Below, piece after piece: positions 19,014 through 26,826 of a DNA stretch of 32,000 nt. The position numbers and the translations under genes were made by a program. The notes beneath the pieces are model-generated. The model was not told the origin of the DNA. It did no database searches and worked only from the letters and a program-made list of their open reading frames with translations. Source of the stretch: Kiritimatiella glycovorans. GTDB lineage: Bacteria > Verrucomicrobiota > Kiritimatiellia > Kiritimatiellales > Kiritimatiellaceae. The stretch lies in contig NZ_CP010904.1 in the NCBI RefSeq assembly GCF_001017655.1, positions 360,001 to 392,000 on the forward strand. Direction: 5' to 3'. Positions within the stretch are counted from its first letter, which is position 1; each line of letters begins with the position of its first letter.

Positions 19014-19090
19014 TGTAAGAGCCTCTCCCGCAAGGCTATGATCCAGAGGGTCTTGCGGCTCAGACGCGGTAAGCGGGTGCATGATCGGGT

Positions 19091-19855
19091 CTAGAACACC
19101 GGCCCGTTGCCGTGTCCGAGCGGCCGGGCGGCGCGCAGCTTTTCGGCCAGCCAGCCGTGGGCGCGTTGCGCGGCCTCCGCCGGCGTCCAGCCGAGCGCGA
19201 GCAGCGCCGTCAGGGCGGAGGACAGCACGCAGCCGGTCCCGTGCGTGCAGCGGCTCTCCAGCCGGGGGCTCTCGAGCCACAGAGTTTCCGCGCCGTCGGT
19301 CCAGAGGTCGCGGCAGACCGCGCCCCCCTCCAGATGGCCGCCCTTGAGGAATACCGAGGCGGGACCCAGCGCGAGCAGCGCCCGGGCGTCCTCCTCCATC
19401 GATTCCGCGCTGACGGTCCGTCCGAGCAGGACCTCCGCTTCCGGGATGTTCGGTGTCAGGATCGCGGCGCGGGGGACGATCCCGTTTTTCACGCACGCGA
19501 TCGCGTCGTCGCTCAACAGCGGATCGCCGGAACCCGCAACCATGACCGGGTCGCAGACGAAGCGGGCCCCGGCGGGGATCCGGTCCAGAAATCCGGCCAC
19601 GGTGCGGCAGGTGGACGCATCGCAGAGCATGCCCGTCTTGAATGCGGCGGGGGGAAGATCCTCGATCAGCGCCTCGAACTGCGCCTCCAGCATGGCGGGC
19701 GCGACCGGGTCGGCGCGGAGGACGCCGAGCGTGTTCTGCGCGGTGAGGGCGGTGATCAGGGTGCACCCGTGGACGCCGAAGGCGTGCATCACGCGGAGGT
19801 CGGCCTGGATGCCGGCCCCGCCGCCCGAGTCCGACCCCGCCATCGTCCATGCCAC
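19091..19855 (-). CDS. thiD: Hydroxymethylpyrimidine/phosphomethylpyrimidine kinase
   Basis: AGSDSGGGAGIQADLRVMHAFGVHGCTLITALTAQNTLGV and the downstream ribokinase-fold motifs. The start is uncertain: TTG 19864, GTG 19855 or ATG 19843. The track start at 20026 would overlap the upstream gene. Confidence 0.85.
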   Translation of the reverse strand: MAWTMAGSDSGGGAGIQADLRVMHAFGVHGCTLITALTAQNTLGVLRADPVAPAMLEAQFEALIEDLPPAAFKTGMLCDASTCRTVAGFLDRIPAGARFVCDPVMVAGSGDPLLSDDAIACVKNGIVPRAAILTPNIPEAEVLLGRTVSAESMEEDARALLALGPASVFLKGGHLEGGAVCRDLWTDGAETLWLESPRLESRCTHGTGCVLSSALTALLALGWTPAEAAQRAHGWLAEKLRAARPLGHGNGPVF

Positions 19856-19860
19856 AGGTT

Positions 19861-20064
19861 TCAAATCAGTCTCCCGAGTAAAACGAGGGCCAGAAACGCC
19901 AGCAGGGCCGCGAGCATGGCCGTTATCCGCCCCGCGCGCCGACGGCGGGATTCGCGGGGAAACTCGTATCCGCATATCGGGCAGGTATTCTCGTTCTCCT
20001 CCACCACGCCCGCGCAGCCCGGACACTCCCGCTCGCCGAAATCCTTTTCCGCGTCAATTCTCAT
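19861..20064 (-). CDS. Small zinc-ribbon protein with a C-terminal transmembrane helix
   Basis: MRIDAEKDFGERECPGCAGVVEENENTCPICGYEF (CxxC...CxxC), a basic stretch, then ITAMLAALLAFLALVLLG. ATG 20064 overlaps the ftsB-like stop by 11 nt; ATG 20073 is an alternative. Confidence 0.5.
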   Translation of the reverse strand: MRIDAEKDFGERECPGCAGVVEENENTCPICGYEFPRESRRRRAGRITAMLAALLAFLALVLLGRLI

Positions 20065-20374
20065 CGGTCTCATTGGTCGCGACGGGAGGTTCGTCGATAA
20101 ACCGGAACAGCGTTTCCTCCGGCCGCGCCAGGCCCATTTCGTGTGCAATCCGCTCCGCGTATTCCGGGTCGTTCAGAAAGTGTTCGCGCCGGTTCCGCAG
20201 CTCGCGAATTTGATCCTCTCGCACTTCGATCCTGCGCTCCATCTCCGCCCGTTTCTCCTGGTAGCGCTGGTACTGCTGAAGCTTGGGATAGAACGCGAAG
20301 CCCGCCGAGCCGAGGACGAGCACGCCCACGAAAATCCAGGCCAGTCTGTAGAGCATATTCCACATCGCGATCAC
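20054..20374 (-). CDS. ftsB: Septum formation initiator (FtsB/DivIC family)
   Basis: N-terminal TM (LAWIFVGVLVLGSAGFAFY), a coiled coil (QQYQRYQEKRAEMERRIEVREDQIRELRNRRE) and DPEYAERIAHEMGLARPEETLFRF. The start is GTG 20374, or ATG 20365/20356. Confidence 0.75.
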   Translation of the reverse strand: MIAMWNMLYRLAWIFVGVLVLGSAGFAFYPKLQQYQRYQEKRAEMERRIEVREDQIRELRNRREHFLNDPEYAERIAHEMGLARPEETLFRFIDEPPVATNETDEN

Positions 20375-20478
20375 ACCGTGCGGGGTCAGCGTTGCCCCGA
20401 CTGTAAAACAAAGGGAGGCGGGCGGGAAAGAAAGAAGGTTATGGGTGGGGTTCCCCCCGTTTTTCCCCGTTCGTGCTC

Positions 20479-20506
20479 TTGCATTTGTAAAGAATATTGA
20501 TAGTGT
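20479..20506 (+). promoter_or_regulatory. Candidate rpsB-tsf promoter
   Basis: TTGCAT (20479-20484), 16-nt spacer ending TGA, TAGTGT (20501-20506). Confidence 0.3.
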
Positions 20507-20612
20507 GTCCGATTCTTGAGTTCCGCGCGGAGCGGGACGGAAGCGAGTGTGCCCCTGAACCTCGGGGGTGCCAAAGCGGATTGTTCATAACGAACCGACA
20601 GGAGAGGTACCT

Positions 20613-21707
20613 ATGGAACTGACTTCCAGAGAAGTCGAAATACGGGATATGCTGGACGCCGGAGTGCACTTCGGCCACCAGACCAAGCGGTGGAATCCCA
20701 AGATGAAGCGCTTCATCTTCGGCGCGAAGAGCGGGATCTACCTCATCGACCTGACCCAATCGCTCGCCCAGCTCAGGGTGGCCCGCGAATTTCTCGCGGA
20801 CGTCGTCTCCCAGGGGCGCAAGGTGCTGTTCGTCGGCACCAAGAAGCAGGCGCAGGACGTCCTCAGAGAGACCGCGGAATCCATGGAGCAGCCCTACGTG
20901 GTGCACCGCTGGCTGGGCGGCATGCTCACCAACCACCGCACGGTCCGCCAAAGCGTCAAGCGCATGCGCGAGCTGGAGCGGATGGAGCAGGATGGCACGT
21001 TCGACAACATGGCCTCCAAGAAGGAAGTGGCGGGGCTGAAGCGCGAACAGGAGAAGCTGCAGCGCAATCTCTGGGGCATCAAGGATATGGACCGTCTGCC
21101 CGGCGCGCTGGTCGTGATCGATATCAACCGCGAATCGCTCGCGGTCCGGGAGGCGAACCGGCTGCACATCCCGGTGGTGGCGATGGTGGATACGAACACC
21201 GACCCGGATCCGGTCGATTATCCGATTCCGGGCAACGACGATTCGCTGCGGTCGATCCGGCTGGTCGTGGAGCAGCTCGGCGCAGCCGTGAAAGAGGCGC
21301 AGGATCTCTACAGCCGGGAGGCGATCGAGAAAGCGCGCGAGCGCGAACGGCGCGAGGCCGAGGAGACCGCGGCCAGCAAGGCGGCCGAAGAGACCCGCAT
21401 GGCCAAGGAGAACGAGGAGCGCCGGAAGCGCGAGGAAGTACTCGCCCGGATGCGCCGCGAGCGCGAACTGGCCGGAACGCAGGCCGGGGACGAAGCCGGG
21501 CCGGCCGACGCCGGCGCCGTCGCGGAGGAAACCGCCTGGGAGCAGGTCGGGGCGGCGGAAACGAAAGCCTCTGCCGGGGAAGAAAAGACGGAGGAACCGG
21601 AACCCCGCGAGCAGGCGGACGACGCCGCGACCGGTAAGTCCGGGGAAGAGGAAACCGGTCAGACGCAGGATCCCGGAGAGGCCCCGGAGGAAGAAAAGCC
21701 GGAATAA
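20613..21707 (+). CDS. rpsB: 30S ribosomal protein S2 with a long acidic low-complexity C-terminal extension
   Basis: MLDAGVHFGHQTKRWNPKM, FVGTKKQAQ, RWLGGMLTN and VDTNTDPD. ATG 20613 follows an AGGAGAGG RBS; the track start at 20568 is GTG. The tail after about residue 250 is E/A/K/R-rich. Confidence 0.9.
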   Translation: MELTSREVEIRDMLDAGVHFGHQTKRWNPKMKRFIFGAKSGIYLIDLTQSLAQLRVAREFLADVVSQGRKVLFVGTKKQAQDVLRETAESMEQPYVVHRWLGGMLTNHRTVRQSVKRMRELERMEQDGTFDNMASKKEVAGLKREQEKLQRNLWGIKDMDRLPGALVVIDINRESLAVREANRLHIPVVAMVDTNTDPDPVDYPIPGNDDSLRSIRLVVEQLGAAVKEAQDLYSREAIEKARERERREAEETAASKAAEETRMAKENEERRKREEVLARMRRERELAGTQAGDEAGPADAGAVAEETAWEQVGAAETKASAGEEKTEEPEPREQADDAATGKSGEEETGQTQDPGEAPEEEKPE

Positions 21708-21752
21708 TACGCCGGTGGAACTTTAACGACCCCGAACAAGGGAGGACAGATC

Positions 21753-22595
21753 ATGGGCGAAATTACCGCGAAAGATGTCAAGGTGCTGCGCGACGCCACC
21801 CACGTGAGCATGATGGAGTGCAAGAAGGCCCTTCAGGAGGCGGACGGCGATATGGACCGCGCCATGACGCTGCTGCGCGAGCGCGGCATGGCCGTGGCGG
21901 CCAAAAAGGCCACGCGCACGGCGAAGGACGGCAAAGTCGCGGCGCGCGTCTCGGAGGACGGCTCCCGCGCGGCGATGATCGAGGTCAACTGCGAAACCGA
22001 CTTCGTGACCCGCAACGAGAAGTTTCAGGCGTTTGTCGAGGAACTGAGCGAGAAGGCGCTGGACGCCGAGGACGACAGCCTGGCCGAAAAGGTTAAGGAC
22101 GACCTCACCGCGCGGATCGCGGAAATCGGCGAAAACCTGGTCGTGCGGCGTAACGTGCGCTTCGAGCTTCAGGGCACGGGTCTGCTTGCCAGCTACGTGC
22201 ATCTGGGCGGAAAGGTGGGCGTGCTCCTCGAAATGGGGTGCGAAAAGCCGGAGACCGCGTCCGCCGACGCGTTCAGGGAACTGGCCCGGGACCTGACCCT
22301 TCACGTCGCGGCCACCGATCCGGAAGCCCTCTCGCGCGAGGATGTGCCGCAGGAGAAAGTCGACGCCGAGCGCGAGATCTTTAAGAAACAGGTCGAAGGC
22401 AAGCCCGAGCACATCATCGAGAAGATCGTGGAGGGCAAGGTCGATAAGTTCTACTCGCAGATCTGCCTCCTCGAGCAGGGGTTTGTGAAGGACGACAAGA
22501 TCAGCGTGACGGAACTCATGAAGCAGAAAGGCGGTGAGGTCGGCGACACGTTTTCGATCCGCCGTTACGCACGCTATCAGCTGGGTGGTGAATAA
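21753..22595 (+). CDS. tsf: Translation elongation factor Ts
   Basis: ITAKDVKVLRDATHVSMMECKKALQEADGDMDRAMTLLRERG (UBA-like N-terminus), EVNCETDFV, and the conserved rpsB-tsf order. Confidence 0.95.
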   Translation: MGEITAKDVKVLRDATHVSMMECKKALQEADGDMDRAMTLLRERGMAVAAKKATRTAKDGKVAARVSEDGSRAAMIEVNCETDFVTRNEKFQAFVEELSEKALDAEDDSLAEKVKDDLTARIAEIGENLVVRRNVRFELQGTGLLASYVHLGGKVGVLLEMGCEKPETASADAFRELARDLTLHVAATDPEALSREDVPQEKVDAEREIFKKQVEGKPEHIIEKIVEGKVDKFYSQICLLEQGFVKDDKISVTELMKQKGGEVGDTFSIRRYARYQLGGE

Positions 22596-23603
22596 ATGGC
22601 TGAGTACAGGATATGCGTCGTGGGTGCCGGAGCCGTGGGCGAGCAGATGGTTCGCCTGCTGCGCCGGCGCGGCTTCCCGGCCCGTGAGATCGTACTGTTC
22701 GCCCGCAGCGACCGCACCCAGGAGATCGACGGGGAGTCCTACGAAGTGCGCACGGCTTCCGCGGAGGCCTTCGAGGGATTCGACCTGGCCTTTTTCGCGG
22801 GAACGGAGGGCGCGAAGGGCGCATCCCAGACCTACGGCTGGGAAGCGGTCAAACGTGGCTGCACGGTCATCGACAACGGCGACGATTTCCGGATGGACGA
22901 CCGCGTCCCGCTGGTGATCCCCGAGATCAACCCCGACGCGCTCGACCGCCACCAGGGACTGATCGCCAATCCGAACTGCAGCACCAGCATCGCGTTGATG
23001 GCGCTGGGGCCGCTGCACCGGGCCTACGGGCTGCGACGCGTGGTCGTCTCGACGTACCAGGCGGTTTCCGGCAGCGGCGCCGGCGCCGTGCGGGAACTGG
23101 AGGCGCAGGTGCGGAGCTGGGTCGCGGGCGAAGAGATGGCCTGCGAGGCCTACCCGCACCGGATCGCCTTCAATGTCCTGCCCAAGATCGGTTCACTCAA
23201 AAATGGCACGCCCAGCGAGGAATTGAAGATGAGCCGGGAGACGCACAAGATTCTCGGCGACGACTCGATCCGCATCAGCTGCACGTGCGTCCGCGTTCCG
23301 GTGTTTACCGGCCACAGCGAGGCGATCAGCGTCGAGTGCGCACAGGAGGTCGATCCGGCCGCGGCCCGCGAACTGCTCGAGCAGGCCCCGGGCGTGCGGG
23401 TGGTCGACGATCCCGGAAATGAGGTTTACCCGATGCCGGTCGATTCGGAGAACCGCGAGGACGTCCTCGTCGGGCGCATCCGTACGGATTCCGCGCTCGA
23501 CAAAGGCCTGGCGCTATTCGTGGCGGGTGACAACCTCTGGAAGGGTGCCGCCCTCAACGCCGTTCAGATCGGCGAAGCACTGATCGGGCGGGGGATGATG
23601 TGA
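22596..23603 (+). CDS. asd: Aspartate-semialdehyde dehydrogenase
   Basis: VVGAGAVGEQM Rossmann N-terminus, active-site region IANPNCSTSIAL, SGSGAGAV and HSEAISVE. The ATG directly abuts the tsf stop. Confidence 0.9.
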   Translation: MAEYRICVVGAGAVGEQMVRLLRRRGFPAREIVLFARSDRTQEIDGESYEVRTASAEAFEGFDLAFFAGTEGAKGASQTYGWEAVKRGCTVIDNGDDFRMDDRVPLVIPEINPDALDRHQGLIANPNCSTSIALMALGPLHRAYGLRRVVVSTYQAVSGSGAGAVRELEAQVRSWVAGEEMACEAYPHRIAFNVLPKIGSLKNGTPSEELKMSRETHKILGDDSIRISCTCVRVPVFTGHSEAISVECAQEVDPAAARELLEQAPGVRVVDDPGNEVYPMPVDSENREDVLVGRIRTDSALDKGLALFVAGDNLWKGAALNAVQIGEALIGRGMM

Positions 23604-23636
23604 GACCGGGAGGGAGGGCCTGAGCCTCCGGCCTTG

Positions 23637-23834
23637 TCACGGCGTGTTGTACCCCTGCTGGGGCGTGAACATGCCGCCCCCGCTTTCCCATGACTGCGGG
23701 GTGTTCCAAGGGAGTTCGGAGCGCTTTTCGGGGTCGGTCGAGGTGCAGCCGCTTCCGGCCAGGACCAGGAAAAGCGCGGCCGCGACGGCTGCGGCGAGGG
23801 CCGGAACGGGGCTCTTGACAGCGGGTGCGTTCAT
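23637..23834 (-). CDS. Small putative lipoprotein (65 aa)
   Basis: Signal peptide with lipobox LAGSGC (AAALFLVLAGSGCTS). RBS AAGGAAG lies upstream of the ATG at 23834. Confidence 0.5.
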   Translation of the reverse strand: MNAPAVKSPVPALAAAVAAALFLVLAGSGCTSTDPEKRSELPWNTPQSWESGGGMFTPQQGYNTP

Positions 23835-23858
23835 GGTCTTCTCTTCCTTGCGTGCGGT

Positions 23859-23893
23859 AAAAACGCCGCGACCGAAGCGGCCGCGGCGTTTTC
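23859..23893 (-). terminator. Rho-independent terminator of hup (A-tract/T-tract flanked, potentially bidirectional)
   Basis: AAAACGCCGCG-ACCGAAGCGGC-CGCGGCGTTTT: an 8-bp GC stem plus an inner 3-bp stem. The minus-strand reading ends in TTTTT, 22 nt after the hup stop. Confidence 0.7.
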
Positions 23894-23914
23894 GTCTTGT
23901 CCGCCGTTACCGGT

Positions 23915-24199
23915 TCAGAGAATGGCGTCTTTGGCCTGCTTGGAGATCCGGAACTTCAGCACGGTCTTGGCCGGAATCTTAATCGATTCGCCGGTGGCGG
24001 GATTGCGGCCGGTGCGGGCTTTGCGGCGCTGCTTGATCAGCTTCCCGATGCCGGGGATGGTGAATCCGTCTTTGGTCTTGGCGCCCTTGTAGGCCATATC
24101 CACCATGGATTCCAGCGCGGCCTTGGCCTGAACTTTCGTGATCTCGGCGTCGTCAGCCATCTGTGCGATGATCTGCGTCTTCGTTTTCGGGGTAGCCAT
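23915..24199 (-). CDS. hup: HU/IHF-family nucleoid-associated DNA-binding protein
   Basis: MATPKTKTQIIAQMADDAEITKVQAKAALESMVDM...GFTIPGIGKLIKQRRKARTGRNPATGESIKIPAKTVLKFRISKQAKD. ATG 24199 follows an AAGGAG RBS; the track start at 24268 is too long. Confidence 0.9.
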   Translation of the reverse strand: MATPKTKTQIIAQMADDAEITKVQAKAALESMVDMAYKGAKTKDGFTIPGIGKLIKQRRKARTGRNPATGESIKIPAKTVLKFRISKQAKDAIL

Positions 24200-24287
24200 T
24201 CCGTATCTCCTTGCGTTGGTTTTTGTCCGGCGGCCTGCGGTCTCCCGCGGCACCGGCCGCAGACGCATCCGCCCCTTTCAGGCTCGG

Positions 24288-24317
24288 ATATTAGGAAGTA
24301 AACGTTGTCAATCACAA
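24288..24317 (-). promoter_or_regulatory. Candidate hup promoter with an A/T-rich UP-like element
   Basis: Minus strand: an A/T tract (CTTTTTATTTTTTTATTG), then TTGTGA (24312-24317) or TTGACA (24306-24311), then TAATAT (24288-24293). The spacer is 18 or 12 nt depending on the -35 choice. Confidence 0.35.
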
Positions 24318-24543
24318 CAATAAAAAAATAAAAAGTTGCGAAAAGAGCCTTGCTGGAGGGGGTATATCGAGACAGTCGGCGGGAAGTGCGCGCCGGGAGC
24401 GGTTTTTCCTGAACCAGCCGGTTCAACGACGGTGCCGGCCGGCGTTCCGCGCGGCGCGGACGGCTTATATCGAAATCTTTGTTGACCCGGAGCGAGGCTC
24501 GCGCAGAATGGGCGTTTTTTATCAAAGCGGAGCCGCGTGACCG

Positions 24544-24990
24544 ATGAACCTGAAAAAAGTGCTGTCGCCCGAGCTGGTCTTTACCGATCTCGAGGCGGAG
24601 GATAAGGACGGGCTGATCACCGAAATGGTGGACCGGCTGGTGGCCCGCGGGTTGCTGAAAGACCGTCAGTCGGCGCTGGAGGCGGTGCGCGAACGCGAAG
24701 CGAAGATGTCGACCGGCATGCAGAACGGGATCGCCATTCCGCACGGGAAGACGGGCACCGTGGAACAGCTGGTGGCCGCGGTGGGCGTCAAGCCCGAGGG
24801 GATCGATTTCGATTCGCTGGACGGCCGTCCGGCGCGCATCATCATCATGACCCTGTCGCCGGCGGACCGCACCGGCCCCCATATCCAGTTTATTGCCGAA
24901 GTGGGCCGCCTGCTGAGCCGGGAGGAGGTTCGCGAAGCGATTCTTTCGGCGCGTTCGCGCGAGGAGATTCTTCGGGCCCTGACCGGCTGA
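24544..24990 (+). CDS. ptsN: PTS EIIA type-2 domain protein (nitrogen-regulatory PtsN/EIIA-Ntr-like)
   Basis: REAKMSTGMQNGIAIPHGK contains the phosphorylatable His motif, and the overall pattern matches E. coli PtsN as recalled. 148 aa. Confidence 0.8.
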   Translation: MNLKKVLSPELVFTDLEAEDKDGLITEMVDRLVARGLLKDRQSALEAVREREAKMSTGMQNGIAIPHGKTGTVEQLVAAVGVKPEGIDFDSLDGRPARIIIMTLSPADRTGPHIQFIAEVGRLLSREEVREAILSARSREEILRALTG

Positions 24991-25003
24991 GCCGGGACGT
25001 TAC

Positions 25004-26662
25004 ATGAAGGTATTAGCGCAGGCGAATTCCTGGATGCTGGCCATGGAGACCCCCATGGCGACCGGGATCATGGAAGACATGATGGTCCTGGTCCTGCAGC
25101 TGGGCCTGATCGTCATCGCGGCCAAGCTGGGCGGATACCTTTTCCAGCGCGTGCTCCGTCTGCCCGAAGTGCTCGGGGAACTCGCCGCGGGCATGCTCAT
25201 CGGACCCTACGCGCTCGGCCACCTGATCATGCTTCCCCAGCACGGCGCACTCTTCGCAGCGCCCACGGCGACCATGCCGGTGTCCACGGAGCTTTATGGA
25301 ATCGCGACCGTGGCCTCGATTGTGCTGCTCTTCCGCTCGGGTCTCGAGACGGACCTGAGCACCTTCATGCAGTATGCCGGTGTCGGTACGCTGGTGGGTC
25401 TGGGGGGGCTGATTTTCTCTTTCGGCCTCGGCGCCGGATGCGCGGTGTGGTTCGGCGTGGCGGACTCCTGGATGGATCCCGGCGCGCTCTTTCTGGGGGC
25501 CATATCCACGGCCACCTCGGTCGGGATTTCAGCCCGTATCCTCACGGAAAAGCGCAAGATCGCCTCGCCGGAGGGCGTCACGATCCTGGCCGGAGCCGTG
25601 CTCGACGACGTGCTCGGCATCATCATTCTCGCTATCGTCGTCGGCATGACCCGCGTGGCGCGCGTCGGCGGCGAAATGTCCTGGATGGCCATCGGCTGGG
25701 TGGCGGTCAAGGCGATGGGCTTCTGGCTGATCTGTACGGCGCTCGGACTGCTGCTCGCCCGGCGCATCGGCAGCGCCCTCAAGCAGTTCCGATCGACCGA
25801 GATCATGGTGACGCTGGCCTTCGGCCTCGCGCTGCTGGTGGCCGGACTGTTCGAGATGGCGGGACTCGCCATGATCATCGGGGCCTACATCATGGGCCTG
25901 ACCCTCTCGCGCACGGATCTGGCGCATGAGCTGCAGACTCAGCTGAACGGCATCTACCGGATCCTGGTGCCGGTGTTCTTCTGCGTGATGGGCATGCTGG
26001 TGGACTTCGAGGCGATGCACTCGCTGCTGGGGTTCGGCCTGGTCTACTCGCTGCTCGCGGTCGCCGCCAAAGTGCTCGGCTGCGGGATACCGGCCTGGTG
26101 CAGCCGGTTCAACTGGCGGGGCGCACTGCGCGTCGGTTTCGGCATGCTCCCCCGCGGGGAAGTCGCCCTGATCGTGGCCGGGATCGGACTCTCCACGGGC
26201 GCCATCGGCCCGCAGATCTTCGGCGCGTCGGTCCTGATGACGCTGATCACCACGATCATCGCGCCCCCCGCGCTGATCGAATCGTTCAAAGGCCCGAAGG
26301 GCGTACGGCGCGAGATTCCGCATACCCAGCACGAGGCGGAGACGATCGAACTCGATTTCCCGTCCCCCGATATTTCGGACTTCCTCTGCGACCGGTTCCT
26401 CCGCTCCCTGCGCCGCGAGGAGTTCTTCGTCCACCGGCTGCCCACCGAAAAGCTCACCTATCAGGCGCGCAAAGAGGACGCCGCCTTTACGATCACGGTG
26501 GACGGTCCGAAGCTGATCGTGAATACCACGGCGGAACAGCGCTACGTCGCGCGGATGATGCTGCTCGAAGAAGTCCTCTCACTCTCCGACCTGCTCGAGG
26601 CCTCCCGGCAGCTGAAAAGCCTCAACGATATGGGCAACGAACTGGTGGACGGGCTGTTCTGA
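25004..26662 (+). CDS. Monovalent cation:proton antiporter-2 (CPA2, Kef/NapA-like) with a roughly 130-aa non-RCK C-terminal soluble domain
   Basis: Multi-TM Na_H_exchanger pattern (LGLIVIAAKLGGYLFQRVLRLPEVLGELAAGMLIGPYALG, ...GLETDL..., ...MLPRGEVALIVA...). The exact start among several N-terminal Met codons is uncertain. Confidence 0.85.
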   Translation: MKVLAQANSWMLAMETPMATGIMEDMMVLVLQLGLIVIAAKLGGYLFQRVLRLPEVLGELAAGMLIGPYALGHLIMLPQHGALFAAPTATMPVSTELYGIATVASIVLLFRSGLETDLSTFMQYAGVGTLVGLGGLIFSFGLGAGCAVWFGVADSWMDPGALFLGAISTATSVGISARILTEKRKIASPEGVTILAGAVLDDVLGIIILAIVVGMTRVARVGGEMSWMAIGWVAVKAMGFWLICTALGLLLARRIGSALKQFRSTEIMVTLAFGLALLVAGLFEMAGLAMIIGAYIMGLTLSRTDLAHELQTQLNGIYRILVPVFFCVMGMLVDFEAMHSLLGFGLVYSLLAVAAKVLGCGIPAWCSRFNWRGALRVGFGMLPRGEVALIVAGIGLSTGAIGPQIFGASVLMTLITTIIAPPALIESFKGPKGVRREIPHTQHEAETIELDFPSPDISDFLCDRFLRSLRREEFFVHRLPTEKLTYQARKEDAAFTITVDGPKLIVNTTAEQRYVARMMLLEEVLSLSDLLEASRQLKSLNDMGNELVDGLF

Positions 26663-26677
26663 AGGCGGCATCCGAAT

Positions 26678-26713
26678 CAGAGTCAGAGTTAGAGTCAGAG
26701 TGAGAGAAAGAGG
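26678..26713. repeat. Degenerate hexamer microsatellite (NAGAGT)n
   Basis: CAGAGT CAGAGT TAGAGT CAGAGT GAGAGA AAGAGG, immediately after the antiporter stop. Confidence 0.5.
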
Positions 26714-26826
26714 GCTCGAACTCCTTTTCAGTCTCTTCTTTCCCCGGCTGCGCGCTTCTCCTATACTGGCCTCACGCTCCGGTCCAGGGGCGGAACAGTT
26801 GATTAAAGCTTGCAGGAGAGTAGTTT

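Noticed and set aside
18954-20500. 298-aa (-), 368-aa (+) and 462-aa (+) ORFs over thiD/ftsB, and the 311-aa extended thiD start at 20026
   Set aside because: These are alternative-frame or antisense shadows. The extended thiD N-terminus would overlap the Zn-ribbon gene and adds no ThiD-like sequence.
19856-20612. TPP riboswitch controlling thiD
   Set aside because: thiD is preceded directly by coding sequence (Zn-ribbon, ftsB). The ftsB/rpsB intergenic region shows no THI-box-like CTGAGA...ACCTGA pattern by eye.
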